In this document: positions 1 to 13,852 of the stretch, piece by piece
Layout of the letters: every line of letters begins with the position of its first letter
How positions within the stretch are numbered: position 1 is the first letter of the stretch
NCBI GenBank assembly: GCA_964016885.1
Contig: OZ024741.1
Coordinates: forward strand, 51,770,001-51,834,000
From: Eledone cirrhosa
Taxonomy: Eukaryota
Length of the DNA stretch: 64,000 bases
Direction of reading: 5' to 3'
The notes under the pieces: model-generated
The model's input: only the letters and a program-made list of their open reading frames with translations
What the model was told of the DNA's origin: nothing
Databases searched by the model: none
Program-made: the position numbers and the translations under genes

Positions 1-3000
1 GTGGTATAGAGTTTGGGAGTGGTGTAGCAGACATAGTGTTGTAGGAGTGTGTTGTGTGGTGGTATAGAGTTAGGGAGTGGTGTAGGAGACATAGTATTCT
101 AGGAGAGTGTTGTGTGGTGGTATAGAGTTTGGGAGTGGTGTAGGAGACATAGTGTTGTAGGAGAGTGTTTTGCGGTGGTATAGAGTTTGGGAGTGGTGTA
201 GGAGACATTGTGTTGTAGGAGAGTGTTGTGTGGTGGTATAGAGTTTGGGAGTGGTGTAGGAGACATAGTGTTGTAGGAGAGTGTTGTGTGGTTGAATAGA
301 GTTTGGGAGTGGTGTAGGAGACATAGTGTTGTAGGAGAGTGTTGTGTGGTGGTATAGAGTTTGGCAGTGTTGTAGGAGACATAGTGTTGTAGGAGAGTGT
401 TGTGTGGTGGTATAGAGTTTCGGAGGGGGGTAGGAGACATAGTGTTGTAGGAGAGTGTTGTGTGGTGGCATAGAGTTGGAGAGTGGTGTAGGAGACATAG
501 TGTTGTAGGAGAGTGTTGTGTGGTGGTATAGAATTTGGGAGTGGTGTAGGAGACATAGTATTGTAGGAGAGAGTTGTGTGGTGGTATAGAGTTTGGGAGT
601 GGTGTAGGAGACAATGTTGTAAGAGAGTGTTGTGTGGTGGTACAGAGTTTGGGAGGGGTGTAGGAGACATAGTGTTGTAGGACAGTGTTGTGTGGTGGTA
701 TAGAGTTTGGGAGTGGTGTAGGAGACATATTATTGTAGGAGAGTGTTGTGTGGTGGTATAGAGTTTGGGAGTGGTTGTATAGGGGACAGTGTTGTAGGAG
801 AGTGTTGTGTGGTGGTATAGAGTTTGGGAGTCGTGTAGGAGACAGTGTTGTAGGAGTGTGTTGTGTGGTGGTATAGAGTTTGGGAGTGGTGTAGGAGACA
901 TAGTGTTGTAGGAGTGTATTGTGTGGTGGTATAGAGTTTGGGAGGGGTGTAGGAGACAGTGTTGTAGGAGTGTGTTGTGTGGTGGTATAGAGTTTGGGAG
1001 TGGTGTAGGAGACATAGTGTTGTAGGAGAGTGTTGTGTGGTGGTACAGAGTTTGGGAGTGGTGTAGGAGACATAGTGTTGTAGGAGAGTGTTGTGTGGTG
1101 GTATAGAGTTTGGGAGTGGTGTAGGAGACATATTGTTGTAGGAGTGTGTTGTGTGGTGGTATAGAGTTTGGGAGTGGTGTAGGAGACATAGTGTTGTAGG
1201 AGAGTGTTGTGTGGTGATACAGAGTTTGGGAGTGGTGTAGGAGACATAGTGTTGTAGGAGAGTGTTGTGTGGTGGTATAGAGTTTGAGAGTGGTGTAGGA
1301 GACATATTGTTGTAGGAGTGTGTTGTGTGGTGGTATAGAGTTTGGGAGTGGTGTAGGAGACATATTGTTGTAGGAGAGTGTCGTGTGGTGGTATAGAGTT
1401 TGGGAGTGGTGTAGGAGACATATTGTTGTAGGAGTGTGTTGTGTGGTGGTATAGAGTTTGGGAGTGGTGTAGGAGACATATTGTTGTAGGAGAGTGTTGT
1501 GTGGTTGAATAGAGTTTGGGAGTGGTGTAGGAGACATAGTGTTGTAGGAGAGTGTTGTGTGGTGGTATAGAGTTTGGCAGTGTTGTAGGAGACATAGTGT
1601 TGTAGGAGAGTGTTGTGTGGTGGTATAGAGTTTCGGAGGGGGGTAGGAGACATAGTGTTGTAGGAGAGTGTTGTGTGGTGGCATAGAGTTGGAGAGTAGT
1701 GTAGAAGACATAGTGTTGTAGGAGAGTGTTGTGTGGTGGTATAGAATTTGGGAGTGGTGTAGGAGACATAGTGTTGTAGGAGAGTGTTGTGTGGTGGTAT
1801 AGAGTTTGGGAGTGGTGTAGGAGACATAGTGTTGTTGGAGAGTGTTGTGTGTTTGAATAGAGTTTGGGAGTGGTGTAGGAGACATAGTGTTGTAGGAGAG
1901 AGTTGTGGTGGTATAGAGTTTGGGAGTGGTGTAGGAGACATAGTGTTGTTAGGAGAGTGTAGGAGACATAGTGTTGTTAGGAGAGTTTGGGAGTGGTGTA
2001 GGAGACATAGTATTGTGTGGTGGTATAGAGTTTGGGAGTCGTGTAGGAGACATAGTATTGTAGGAGAGAGTTGTGTGGTGTTATAGAGTTTGGGAGTGGT
2101 GTAGGAAAAATAGTGTTGTTAGGAGAGTGTTGTGTGGTGGTATAGGAGACATATTGTTGTAGGAGAGGGTTGTGTGGTGGTATAGATTTTGGGAGTGGTG
2201 TAGGAGACATAGTATTGTAGGAGAGGGTTGTGTGGTGGTATAGAGTTTGGGAGTGGTGTAGGAGACATAGTGTTGTAGGAGAGTGTTGTGTGGTGGTATA
2301 GAGTTTGGGAGTGGTGTAGGAGACATAGTGTTGTAGGAGAGTGTTGCGTGCTTGTATAGAGTTTGGGAGTGGTGTAGGAGACATAGTGTTGTAGGAGAGT
2401 ATTGCGTGCTTGTATAAAGTTTAGGAGTCGTGTAGGAGAAATAGTGTTGTTAGGAGAGTGTTATGTGGTGGTATAGAGTTTGGAAGTGGTGTAGGGGACA
2501 TACTGTTGTTAGGAGAGTGTTGTGTGGTTGTATAGGAGACATAGTATCGTAGGAGAGTGTTGTGTGGTGGTATAGAGTTTGGGAGTGGTGTAGGAGACAT
2601 ATTGTTGTAGGAGAGGGTGTTGTGGTGGTATAGAGTTTGGGAGTGGTGTAGGAGACATAGTGTTGTAGGAGAGTGTTGTGTGGTTGAATAGAGTTTGGGA
2701 GTGGTGTAGGAGACATAGTGTTATTAGGAGAGTGTTGTGTGGTAGTATAGAGTTGGGAGGGTGTAGAAGACATAGTGTTGTTAGGAGAGTGTTGTGTGGT
2801 GGCATAGGAGACATAGTATTGTAGGAGAGTGTTGTGTGGTGGTATAGAGTTTGGGAGTGGTGTAGGAGACAGTGTTGTAGGAGTGTGTTGTGTGGTGATA
2901 TAGAGTTTGGGAGTGGTGTAGGAGACATAGTGTTGTAGGAGAGTGTTGTGTGGTGGTATAGTGTTTGGGAGTGGTGTAGGAGACATAGTGTTGTAGGAGA

Positions 3001-6000
3001 GTGTTGTGTGGTGGTATAGAGTTAGGGAGTGGTGTAGGAGACATAGTGTTGTTAGGAGAGTGTTGTGTGGTGGTATAGAGTTTGGGAGTGGTTGTATAGG
3101 AGGCAGTGTTGTAGGAGAGTGTTGTGTGGTGGTATAGAGTTTGGGAGTCGTGTAGGAGACATAATGTAGGAGAGTGTTGTGTGGTGGTATAGAGTTTGGG
3201 AGTGGTGTAGGAGACATAGTGTTATTAGGAGAGGTTTTGTGGTGGTATATAGTTTGGGAGTGGTGTAGGAGACAGTGTTGTAGGAGAGTGTTGTCTGGTG
3301 GTATAGAGTTTGGGAGTGGTGTAGCAGACATAGTGTTGTAGGAGAGTGTTGTGTGGTGGTATAGAGTTTGGGAGTGGTGTAGCAGACATAGTGTTGTAGG
3401 AGAGTGTTGTGTGGTGGTATAGAGTTTGGGAGTGGTGTAGCAGACATAGTATTGTAGGAGAGTGTTGTGTGGTGGTATAGAGTTTGGGAGTGGTGTAGGA
3501 GACAGTGTTGTAGGAGAGTGTTGTGTGGTGGTATATAGTTTGGGAGTGGTGTAGGAGACAGTGTTGTAGGAGAGTGTTGTGTGGTGGTATAGAGTTTGGG
3601 AGTGGTGTAGGGGACATAGTGTTGTAGGAGAGTGTTGTGTGGTGGTATAGATATTGGGTGTGGTGTAGGAGACATAGTATTGTAGGAGAGAGTTGTGTGG
3701 TGGTATAGAGTTTGGGAGTGGTGTAGGAGACAGTGTTGTAAGAGAGTGTTGTGTGGTGGTACAGAGTTTGGGAGTGGTGTAGGAGACATAGTGTTGTAGG
3801 ACAGTGTTGTGTGGTGGTATAGATATTGGGAGGGGTGTAGGAGACATAGTGTTGTAGGAGAGTGTTGTGTGGTGGTATAGAGTTTGGGAGTGGTGTAGGA
3901 GACATAGTGTTGTTAGGAGAGTGTTGTGTGGTGGTATAGGAGACATAGTATTGTAGGAGAGTGTTGTGTGGTGGTATAGAGTTTGGGAGTGGTGTAGGAG
4001 ACATAGTATTGTAGGAGAGTGTTATGTGGTGGTATAGAGTTTGGGAGTGCTGTAGGAGACAGTGTTGTAGGAGAGTGTTGTGTGGTTGAATAGAGTTTGG
4101 GAGGGGTTTAGGAGACATAATGTTGTAGGAGTGTGTTGTGTGGTCGTATAGAGTTGGGAGTGCTGTAGAAGACATAGTCTTGTTAGGAGAGTGTTGTGTG
4201 GTTGTATAGTAGACATTGTATTGTAGGAGAGTGTTGTGTGGTGGTATAGAATTTGGGAGTGGTGTAGGAGACATATTGTTGTAGGAGAGGGTGTTGTGGT
4301 GGTATAGAGTTTGGGAGTGGTGTAGGAGACATAGTGTTGTAGGAGAGTGTTGTGTGGTTGAATAGAGTTTGGGAGTGGTGTAGGAGACATAGTGTTATTT
4401 GGAGAGTGTTGTGTGGTAGTATAGAGTTGGGAGTGGTGTAGAAGACATAGTGTTGTTAGGAGAGTGTTGTGTGGTGGCATAGGAGACATAGTATTGTAGG
4501 AGAGTGTTGTGTGGTGGTATAGAGTTTGGGAGTGGTGTAGGAGACAGTGTTGTAGGAGTGTGTTGTGTGGTGATATAGAGTTTGGGAGTGGTGTAGGAGA
4601 CATAGTGTTGTAGGAGAGTGTTGTGTGGTGGTATAGTGTTTGGGAGTGGTGTAGGAGAGTGTTGTGTGGTGGTATAGAGTTTGGGAGTGGTGTAGGAGAC
4701 ATAGTATTGTTAAGAGTGTGTTGTGTGGTAGTATAGAGTTGGGAGTGGTGTAGAAGACATAGTGTTGTTAGGAGAGTATTGTGTGGTGGCATAGGAGACA
4801 TAGTATTGTAGGAGAGTGTTGTGTGGTGGTATAGAGTTTGGGAGTGGTTGTATAGGAGGCAGTGTTGTAGGAGAGTGTTGTGTGGTGGTATAGAGTTTGG
4901 GAGTGGTGTAGGAGACAGTGTTGTAGGAGAGTGTTGTGTGGTGGTATAGAGTTTGGGAGTGGTGTAGGGGACATAGTGTTGTAGGAGAGTGTTGTGTGGT
5001 GGTATAGATATTGGGAGTGGTGTAGGAGACATAGTATTTTAGGAGAGAGTTGTGTGGTGGTATAGAGTTTGGGAGTGGTGTAGGAGACATAGTGTTGTAG
5101 GACAGTGTTGTGTGGTGGTATAGATATTGGGAGGGGTGTAGGAGACATAGTGTTGTAGGAGAGTGTTGTGTGGTGGTATAGAGTTTGGGAGTGGTGTAGG
5201 AGACATAGTGTTGTTAGGAGAGTGTTGTGTGGTGGTATAGGAGACATAGTATTGTAGGAGAGTGTTGTGTGGTGGTATAGAGTTTGGGAGTGGTGTAGGA
5301 GACATAGTATTGTAGGAGAGTGTTATGTGGTGGTATAGAGTTTGGGAGTGGTGTAGGAGACAGTGTTGTAGGAGAGTGTTGTGTGGTTGAATAGAGTTTG
5401 GGAGGGGTTTAGGAGACATAATGTTGTAGGAGTGTGTTGTGTGGTCGTATAGAGTTGGGAGTGCTGTAGAAGACATAGTCTTGTTAGGAGAGTGTTGTGT
5501 GGTGGTATAGTAGACATTGTATTGTAGGAGAGTGTTGTGTGGTGGTATAGAATTTGGGAGTGGTGTAGGAGCCATAGTGTTGTAGGAGAGTGTTGTGTGG
5601 TTGAATAGAGTTTGGGAGGGGTGTAGAAGACATAGTGTTTTAGGAGTGTGTTGTGTGGTGGTATAGAGTTGGGCGTGCTGTAGAAGACATAGTGTTGTTA
5701 GGAGAGTGTTGTGTGGTGGTATAGGAGACATATTGTTGTAGGAGAGGGTTGTGTGGTGGTATAGAGTTTGGGAGTGGTGTAGGAGACATAGTGTTGTAGG
5801 AGAGTGTTGTGTGGTGGTATAGAGTTTGGGAGTCGTGTAGGAGACATAGTGTTGTAGGAGAGTGTTGTGTGGTTGAATAGTGTTTGGGAGTGGTGTAGGA
5901 GATATAGTATTGTAGGAGAGTGTTGTGTGGTTGTATAGAGTTTGGGAGTGGTGTAGGAGACATAGTGTTGGAGGAGAGTGTTGTGTGCTTGTATAGAGTT

Positions 6001-9000
6001 TGGGAGTGGTGTAGCAGACATAGTGTTGTAGGAGAGTGTTCTGTGGTTGAATAGAGTTTGAGAGTGGTGTAGGAGAGATAGTGTTGTAGGAGATTGTTGT
6101 CTGGTGGTATAGAGTTTGGGAGTGGTGTAGGAGATATAGTATTGTAGGAGAGTGTTGTGTGGTGGTATAGAGTTTGGGAGTGGTGTAGGAGACAGTGTTG
6201 TAGGAGAGTGTTGTGTGGTGGTATAGAGTTTGGGAGTGGTGTAGGAGACATAGTATTGTAGGAGAGTGTTGTGTGGTGGTATAGAGTTTGAGAGTGGTGT
6301 AGGAGACATAGTGTTGTAGGAGAGTGTTGTGTGGTGGTATAGAGTTTGGGAGTGGTGTAGGAGACATAGTGTTGTAGGAGAGTGTTGTGTGGTGGTATAG
6401 AGTTTGGGAGTGGTGTAGGAGACATAGTGTTGTAGGAGAGTGTTGTGTGGTGGTATAGAGTTTGGGAGTGGTGTAGGAGACAGTGTTGTAGGAGAGTGTT
6501 GTGTGGTGGCATAGAGTGTGGAAGTAGTGTAGGAGACAGTGTTGTAGGAGAGTGTTGTGAGGTGGTAAAGAGTTTGGGAGTGGTGTAGGAGACAGTGTTG
6601 TAGGAGAGTGTTGTGTGGTGGTATAGAGTTTGGGAGTGGTGTAGGAGACATAGTGTTGTAGGAAAGTGTTGTGTGGTGGTATAGAGTTTGGGAGTCGTGT
6701 AGGAGACAGTGTTGTAGTAGAGTGCTGTGTGTCGGTATAGAGTTTGAGAGTGGTGTAGGAGATAGTGCTGTAGGAGAGTGTTGTGTGGTGGTATAGAGTT
6801 AGGGAGTGGTGTAGGAGACATAGTGTTGTAGGAGAGTGTTGTGTGATGGTATAGAGTTTGGGAGTGGTGTAGGAGACATATTGTTGTTAGGAGAGTGTTG
6901 TGTGGTGGTATAGAGTTGGGAGTGGTGTAGGAGACATAGTGTTGTAGGAGAGTGTTGTGTGATGGTATAGAGTTGGGAGTGGTGTAGAAGACATAGTGTT
7001 GTTAGGAGAGTTTTTTTTTTTAGTATAGAGTTTGGGAGTGGTGTAGAAGACATAGTGTTGTTAGGAGAGTGTTGTGTGGTTGTATAGGAGACATAGTATT
7101 ATAGGAGAGTGTTGTGTGGTGGTATAGAGTTTGGGAATGGTGTAGGAGACATAGTGTTGTTAGGAGAGTGTTGTGTGGTTGTATAGGAGACATAGTATTA
7201 TAGGAGAGTGTTGTGTGGTGGTATAGAGTTTGGGAATGGTGTAGGAGACATAGTGTTGTAGAAGAGTGTTGTGTGGTGGTATAGAGTTTGGGAGTGGTGT
7301 AGGAGACAGTGTTGTAGGAGAGTGTTGTGTGGTGGTATAGAGTTTGGGAGTGGTGTAGGAGACAGTGTTGTAGGAGAGTGTTGTGTGGTGGTATAGAGTT
7401 TGGGAGTGGTGTAGGAGACAGTGTTGTAGGAGAGTGTTGTGTGGTGGTATAGAGTTTGGGAGTGGTGTAGGAGACATAGTGTTGTAGGAGAGTGTTGTGT
7501 GGTGGTATAGACTTTGGGAGTGGTGTAGGAGACATAGTATTGTAGGAGAGTGTTGTGTGGTGCTATAGAGTTTGGGAATGGTGTAGGAGACATAGTGTTG
7601 TAGAAGAGTGTTGTGTGGTGGTATAGAGTTTGGGAATGGTGTAGGAGACATAGTGTTGTAGGAGAGTGTTGTGTGGTGGTATAGAGTTTGGGAGTGGTGT
7701 AGTAGACAGTGTTGTAGGAGAGTGTCGTGTGGTGGTATAGAGTTTGGGAATGGTGTAGGAGACATAGTGTTGTAGGAGAGTGTTGTGTGGTGGTGTAGAG
7801 TTTGGGAATGGTGTAGGAGACATAGTGTTGTAGGAGAGTGTTGTGTGGTGGTATAGTGTTTGGGAGTGGTGTAGGAGACAGTGTTGTGTGGTGGTATAGA
7901 GTTTGGGAGTGGTGTAGGAGACAGTGTTGTAGGAGAGTGTTGTGTGGTGGTATAGAGTTTGGGAGTGGTGTAGGAGACATAGTGTTGTAGGAGAGTGTTG
8001 TATGGTGGTATAGACTTTGGGAGTGGTGTAGGAGACATAGTATTGTAGGAGAGTGTTGTGTGGTGGTATAGAGTTTGGGAATGGTGTAGGAGACATAGTG
8101 TTGTAGGAGAGTGTTGTGTGGTGGTATAGAGTTTGGGAATGGTGTAGGAGACATAGTGTTGTAGGAGAGTGTTGTGTGGTGGTATAGAGTTTGAGAGTGG
8201 TGTAGGAGACAGTGTTGTAGAAGAGTGTTGTGTGGTGGTATAGAGTTTGGGAATGGTGCAGGAGACGTAGTGTTGTAGGAGAGTGTTGTGTGGTGGTATA
8301 GAGTTTGGGAGTGGTGTAGGAGACATAGTGTTGTAGGAGAGTGTTGTGTGGTGGTATAGAGTTTGGGAGTGGTGTAGGAGACATAGTGTTGTTAGGAGAG
8401 TGTGGTGTGGTGGTATAGAGTTTGGGTGTGGTGTAGGAGACATAGTGTTGTAGGAGAGTGTTGTGTGGTGTTATAGAGTTTGGGAGTGGTGTAGGAGACA
8501 TAGTATTGTAGGAGAGTGTTGTGTGGTGCTATAGAGTTTGGGAATGGTGCAGGAGACATAGTGTTGTAGGAGAGTGTTGTGTGGTGGTATAGAGTTTGGG
8601 AGTGGTGTAGGAGACATAGTGTTGTAGGAGAGTGTTGTGTGGTGGTATAGAGTTTGGGAGTGGTGTAGGAGACATAGTGTTGTTAGGAGAGTGTGGTGTG
8701 GTGGTATAGAGTTAGGGAGTGGTGTAGGAGACATAGTGTTGTTAAGAGTGTGTTGTGTGGTGGTATAGAGTTGGGAGTGGTGTAGAAGACATAGTGTTGT
8801 TAGGAGAGTGTTGTGTGGTTGTATAGGACACATAGTATTGTAGAAGAGTGTTGTGTGGTGGTATAGAGTTTGGGATTGGTGTAGGAGACATAGTGTTGTA
8901 GGAGAGTGTTGTGTGGTGCTATAGAGTTTGGGAATGGTGTAGGAGACAGTGTTGTAGGAGAGTGTTGTGTGGTGGTATAGAGTTTGGGAGTGGTGTAGGA

Positions 9001-11045
9001 GACAGTGTTGTAGGAGAGTGTTGTGTGGTGGTATAGACTTTGGGAGTGGTGTAGGAGACATAGTGTTGTAGGAGAGTGTTGTGTGGTGCTATACAGTTTG
9101 AGAGTGGTGTAGGAGACATAGTGTTGTAGGAGAGTGTTGTGTGGTGCTATAGAGTTGGGGAGTGGTGTAGGAGACATAGTGTTGTAGGAGAGTGTTGTGT
9201 GGTGCTATAGAGTTTGGGAGTGGTGTAGGGGACATAGTGTTGTTAGGAGAGTGTTGTGTGGTGGTATAGAGTTTGGAAGTGGTGTAGGAGACATAGTGTT
9301 GTAGGAGAGTGTTGTGTGGTGGTATAGAGTCTGCGAGTGGTGTAGGAGACATAGTGTTGTAGGAGAGTGTTGTGTGGTGGTATAGAGTCTGGGAGTGGTG
9401 TAGGGGACATAGTGTTGTTAGGAGAGTGTTGTGTGGTGGTATAGGGTTTGGGAATAGTGTAGGAGACAGTGTTGTAGGAGAGTGTTGTGTGGTGGTATAG
9501 AGTTTGGGAGTGGTGTAGGAGACAGTGTTGTAGGAGAGTGTTGTGTGGTGGTATAGAGTTTGGGAGTGGTGTAGGAGACAGTGTTGTAGGAGAGTGTTGT
9601 GTGGTGGTATAGAGTTTGGGAGTGGTGTAGGAGACAGTGTTGTAGGAGAGTGTTGTGTGGTGGTATAGGGTTTGTGAGTGGTGTAGGAGACAGTGTTGTA
9701 GGAGAGTGTTGTGTGGTGGTATAGAATTTGGGAGTGGTGTAGGAGACATAGTGTTGTAGGAGAGTGTTGTGTGGTGCTATAGAGTTTGGGAGTGGTGTAG
9801 GAGACATAGTGTTGTAGGAGAGTGTTGTGTGGTGGTATAGAGTCAGGGAGTGGTGTAGGAGACATAGTGTTGTTAAGAGTGTGTTGTGTGGTGGTATAGA
9901 TTTGGGAGTGGTGTAGAAGACATAGTGTTGTTAGGAGAGTGTTGTGTGGTTGTATAGGAGACATAGTGTTGTAGGAGAGTGTTGTTTTCTGGTATAGAGT
10001 TTGGGAGTGGTGTTGGAGACATAGTGTTGTAGGAGAGTCTTGTGTGGTGGTATAGAGTCAGGGAGTGGTGTAGGAGACATAGTGTTGTTAAGAGTGTGTT
10101 GTGTGGTGGTATAGAGTTTGGGAGTGGTGTAGAAGACATAGTGTTGTTAGGAGAGTGTTGTGTGGTTGTATAGGAGACATAGTGTTGTTAGGAGAGTGTT
10201 GTTTTGTGGTATAGAGTTTGGGAGTGGTGTTGGAGACATAGTGTTGTAGGAGAGTGTTGTGTGGTGGTATAGAGTCAGGGAGTGGTGTAGGAGACATAGT
10301 GTTGTTAAGAGTGTGTTGTGTGGTGGTATAGAGTTGGGAGTGGTGTAGAAGACATAGTGTTGTTAGGAGAGTGTTGTGTGGTTGTATAGGAGACATAGTG
10401 TTGTAGGAGAGTGTTGTGTGGTGGTATAGAGTTTGGGAGTGGTGTAGCAGACATAGTATTGTAGGAGAGTGTTGTGTGGTGGTATAGAGTTTGGGAGTGG
10501 TGTAGGAGACATAGTGTTGTAGGTGAGTGTTGTGTGGTGGTATAGAGTTTGGGAGTGGTGTTGGAGACATAGTGTTGTAGGAGAGTGTTGTGTGGTGGTA
10601 TAGAGTTTGGGAGTGGTATAGGAGTCTTAGTATTGTAAGAGAGTGTTGTGTGGTGGTATAGAGTTTGGGAGTGGTGTAGGAGACATAGTGTTGTAGGAGA
10701 GTGTTGTGTGGTGGTATAGAGTTTGGGGGTGGTGTATGAGACATAGTGTTGTAGGAGAGTGTTGTGTGATGGTATAGAGTTTGGGAGTGGTGTAGGAGAC
10801 ATAGTGTTGTAGGAGAGTGTTGTGTGGTGGTATAGAGTTTGGGGGTGGTGTATGAGACATAGTGTTGTAGGAGAGTGTTGTGTGATGGTATAGAGTTTGG
10901 GAGTGGTGTAGGAGACATAGTATTGTAGGAGAGTGTTGCGTGGTGGTATAGAGTTTGGGAGTGGTCTAGGAGAATGTTGTGTGGTTGTATAGAGTTTGGG
11001 AGTGGTGTAGGTGACATAGTATTGTAGGAGTGGTGTAGGAGACAT
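1..11045. repeat. 58-bp tandem satellite, G/T-rich on + strand (continues off the left edge)
   Basis: Consensus GTGGTATAGAGTTTGGGAGTGGTGTAGGAGACATAGTGTTGTAGGAGAGTGTTGTGTG repeated about 190 times, with 56-, 59- and roughly 40-bp variants. All ORFs in this region are translations of the repeat. Confidence 0.98.
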
Positions 11046-11853
11046 TGTGGTGTTTTGTAGATGTATCTGGACTGAGCGAGTTAGTATCGTTAGGATGGTG
11101 TGGTAAATGTGTACGTATGTCTGTTTGTGGTGTAATTATTGACAATGATACAATGATGATGGTGGTGATTCAAGAATGTTGAAATTACCAGAATAATAGT
11201 TATTTAGACTGACATTTGAATATATCAATCACATTTCACAGATGGAATAAGAATTTTATTTTTTCTCTTCTTCTTCCTCACAGTAATTCTTGGATCAATA
11301 TCAAAGCAGCAAAGTTTTGCATAGTCATCATTGACATTTTCTCAAACCGACTGCACATTTGACTTACCAGAACCACTGCCATGTTCTGCTCATGTTGCAA
11401 GCTGTTGATGGCTGGTATTTAGTTGACAATAAACCAAACATGATATCACAGATATTTGATCATGATGGAATCAAGTCAGGAAAAAGGATTCCACTAGAAT
11501 TTGGGAATGCTTTAATTCTAACATTCTATGTAAATATGCTTGAATCTTTGATTTTCCTTAACCTTCTTCCTCTTGTCACTCTAGCCATTGCTGTATTTCA
11601 TTTTACACTCATTTACATCAATTACAATAATTTTCTTCCATATTTTCTTTAATCCTTATCAAATATACATCCACTAAATTCTGATGACTTTGTTCCATCC
11701 ATCCACCATCATAAACCCATCATAAATCTGCTGGCAGAGTTCTTCTCAGGAAACCAGACGTGTGTAGATGAATTGGGAGACCAAATGTCATACTAAAGAA
11801 TGTGCTCAATCATGACACTAGGTTGAAGGCAAGGGAACTTCACATGGCAATGG

Positions 11854-12053
11854 TGGACAGGGTGAGTTGAGCAAGGTGAGTTAGACAGGGTGAGCTGGAC
11901 AGGGTGAGTTGGACAGGGTGAACTGGACAGGGTGAGCTGGGCAGGGTGAGCTGGGCAGTGTGAGCTGGGCAGGGTGAGTTGAACAGGGTGAGCTGGGCAG
12001 TGTGAGCTGGGCAGGGTTAGCTGGGCAGGGTGAGCTGGACAGGGTGAGCTGGA
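11854..12053. repeat. 15-bp minisatellite (GGRCAGGGTGAGCT-type)
   Basis: About 13 tandem copies of TGG(A/G)CAGGGTGAG(C/T). Confidence 0.92.
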
Positions 12054-12859
12054 TGAAGAACTTTGTCATAGCACCAGTAACAGATGTAGGATAGCTATAT
12101 ATAGTACCCTTCCACAGATTTTGAGGTTTTGTACTTATGTTTAAAACAAATCATTATTATTATTGGCTCTTGCTTTACATTCTGAGTTCAAATCCTACTG
12201 AGATCAACTTTATTTTATCAACCTCAGAAGGAGGAAATACAAAATGTCTGTCAAGCACTGCAGTCAATATATTTGACTTTCCCTTACCCCAAAATTGTTG
12301 ACCTTGTGCCTAAAAGTACCAGTCAAATACTAGGGGCAATTTAATTGATTTTACCGCTTCTCCCAAATTACTAGGAATGATATAATTGGAGATTAGAGAG
12401 TCACTCCAGGTAGAGCCACTACTTCTCCGAATTGAGAGATCACAGCTCTGATATTATGGGCATGTGGTTATAATGTCTCAGAAAAGAATCACTGGACAGA
12501 TTTTACAGCCAAAACTAACTAGCAGGTGACTCAGAGTAGACCCCGAGCAAGACTGTTGGATAACATCCATGAGTTTGGCTGGTCTCACTTAAGGATCCAG
12601 CTGGAACAATTGGAGCTGGTTGTTTCTGACAGGACCCACTGGAAGGAGTGTTTGAGGACTCTGCCACCATGACGCCTCTCAGGAATAAGTAAGTGAAAAA
12701 GAGGATATAACTGACTGCCCCTCCCCACAAACAGCTGACCTTCTGCTTAAATTAGAAACAATTATTATCATTATAATTGTTGGTATCCATATTCCAGATA
12801 GATCTCATGTCATTTTTACAATCCCAACTGTAAGTCATAACTAATGGCAACATTTTCTT

Positions 12860-13150
12860 TAGGATTCTTTCATCAGCTCAATTTTCAAGTACCTTCTCTA
12901 AGGATCTTTGTGATCCCTATCTAATATTGTGGTCTTCTGTTCAAATTTTGATCCCAATTTTCCTTGAGCATCATTTCATAATCTTCATGATTGTACTAAG
13001 AATACCTTCCATGACTGGCACAATTTCAACATTTTTCATACTTCACAATTTTTGTAATCTCTCTTTTCAAATCTTGGTATTTCTCAATCTTCTCGTGTTC
13101 TTCCTCACACGTATTATTGTCACCTGGAGAAACTATATCAATTATTGTGA
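12860..13150 (-). pseudogene. 3' relic of an R4/Dong-type RLE non-LTR retrotransposon
   Basis: Minus-strand reading IIDIVSPGDNNTCEEEHEKIEKYQDLK followed by VEIVPV matches the RLE endonuclease C-terminus; frameshifted. Confidence 0.65.
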
Positions 13151-13341
13151 AGTGTCTCCCCAGTTCTAAAAAAGTGTTTTGGTCTTGTACCTATATTAGA
13201 AACAATTATTACTGGCAAAATTATAAGAGCACACAGTATTTGTTCAAGCTCTGAGTTCAGATTCTGTCAAAATCAATTTTGTCTTTCATCCTTCTGGGAT
13301 CGATTATATAAAGTACCAGTCAAGTACTGGGTTCAATTTAA

Positions 13342-13563
13342 CTCTTTTAGCATTTAAACCAGCCGTATCCGGCCAGAATTCTCTCACCTCTTTCTGTTCA
13401 AACTGGCCATAACCAGCCACTCATACCAATGTTAAGGTATTGTTCTCAAATTAAATAATATCAAAATCTCATATATTCGATATTATGTGAGATATTTATG
13501 TGAGGTAAAGCCTTTACTGTGAAAATACGATAGTAAATATAGAGTAATGTAAATGATAAAGGG
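13342..13563. mobile_element. piggyBac-like MITE inserted in a SINE copy
   Basis: TTAA on both sides (13338-41, 13564-67) and imperfect TIRs CTCTTTTAGCATTTA / TAAATGATAAAGGG. SINE sequence resumes on each side. Confidence 0.6.
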
Positions 13564-13732
13564 TTAATAAACTTTTCCATCCCCCAAATTGTTGGCCTTG
13601 TCGCCAAATTAGAAATTATTATTGTTATTGTTATTATCCACACCAGGAGGGATGGTGATTGTCAGAATCCTCTGTTTGTTGAACAACGTTTTAATTGGTT
13701 AAAGGGTGGTTAACATGCTAAACACTGCAGTG

Positions 13733-13852
13733 AAGGCTTGTGGCTGAGTGGTTAGAGAATTGGATTCACAATCGTGAGGTTGGGATTTCGATTCCCGGAC
13801 CGAGTGATGCGTTATGTCCTTGAGCAAGACACTTTATTTCATGTTGCTCCTT
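13733..13852 (+). mobile_element. tRNA-derived CORE-type SINE, partial
   Basis: A-box TGGCTGAGTGG, B-box-like TTCGATTCC, and the core TCCTTGAGCAAGACACTT shared with copies at 42920, 44330, 56743 and 58337. Confidence 0.75.

Noticed and set aside
70-11045. Dozens of long minus-strand Pro/His/Thr-rich ORFs
   Set aside because: The satellite consensus has no minus-strand stop codons in any frame, so all three frames open trivially.
1-11045. CRISPR-like regular repeats
   Set aside because: There are no unique spacers; it is a plain tandem satellite in eukaryotic context.
11260-11660. Splice-like signals and ORF 11359..11652 suggesting a host exon
   Set aside because: No recognisable protein and no consistent acceptor/donor pair on one strand.
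13733-13800. tRNA-like sequences (also at 36255, 42920, 44330)
   Set aside because: They are SINE heads, with no complete cloverleaf and continuing into repeat bodies.
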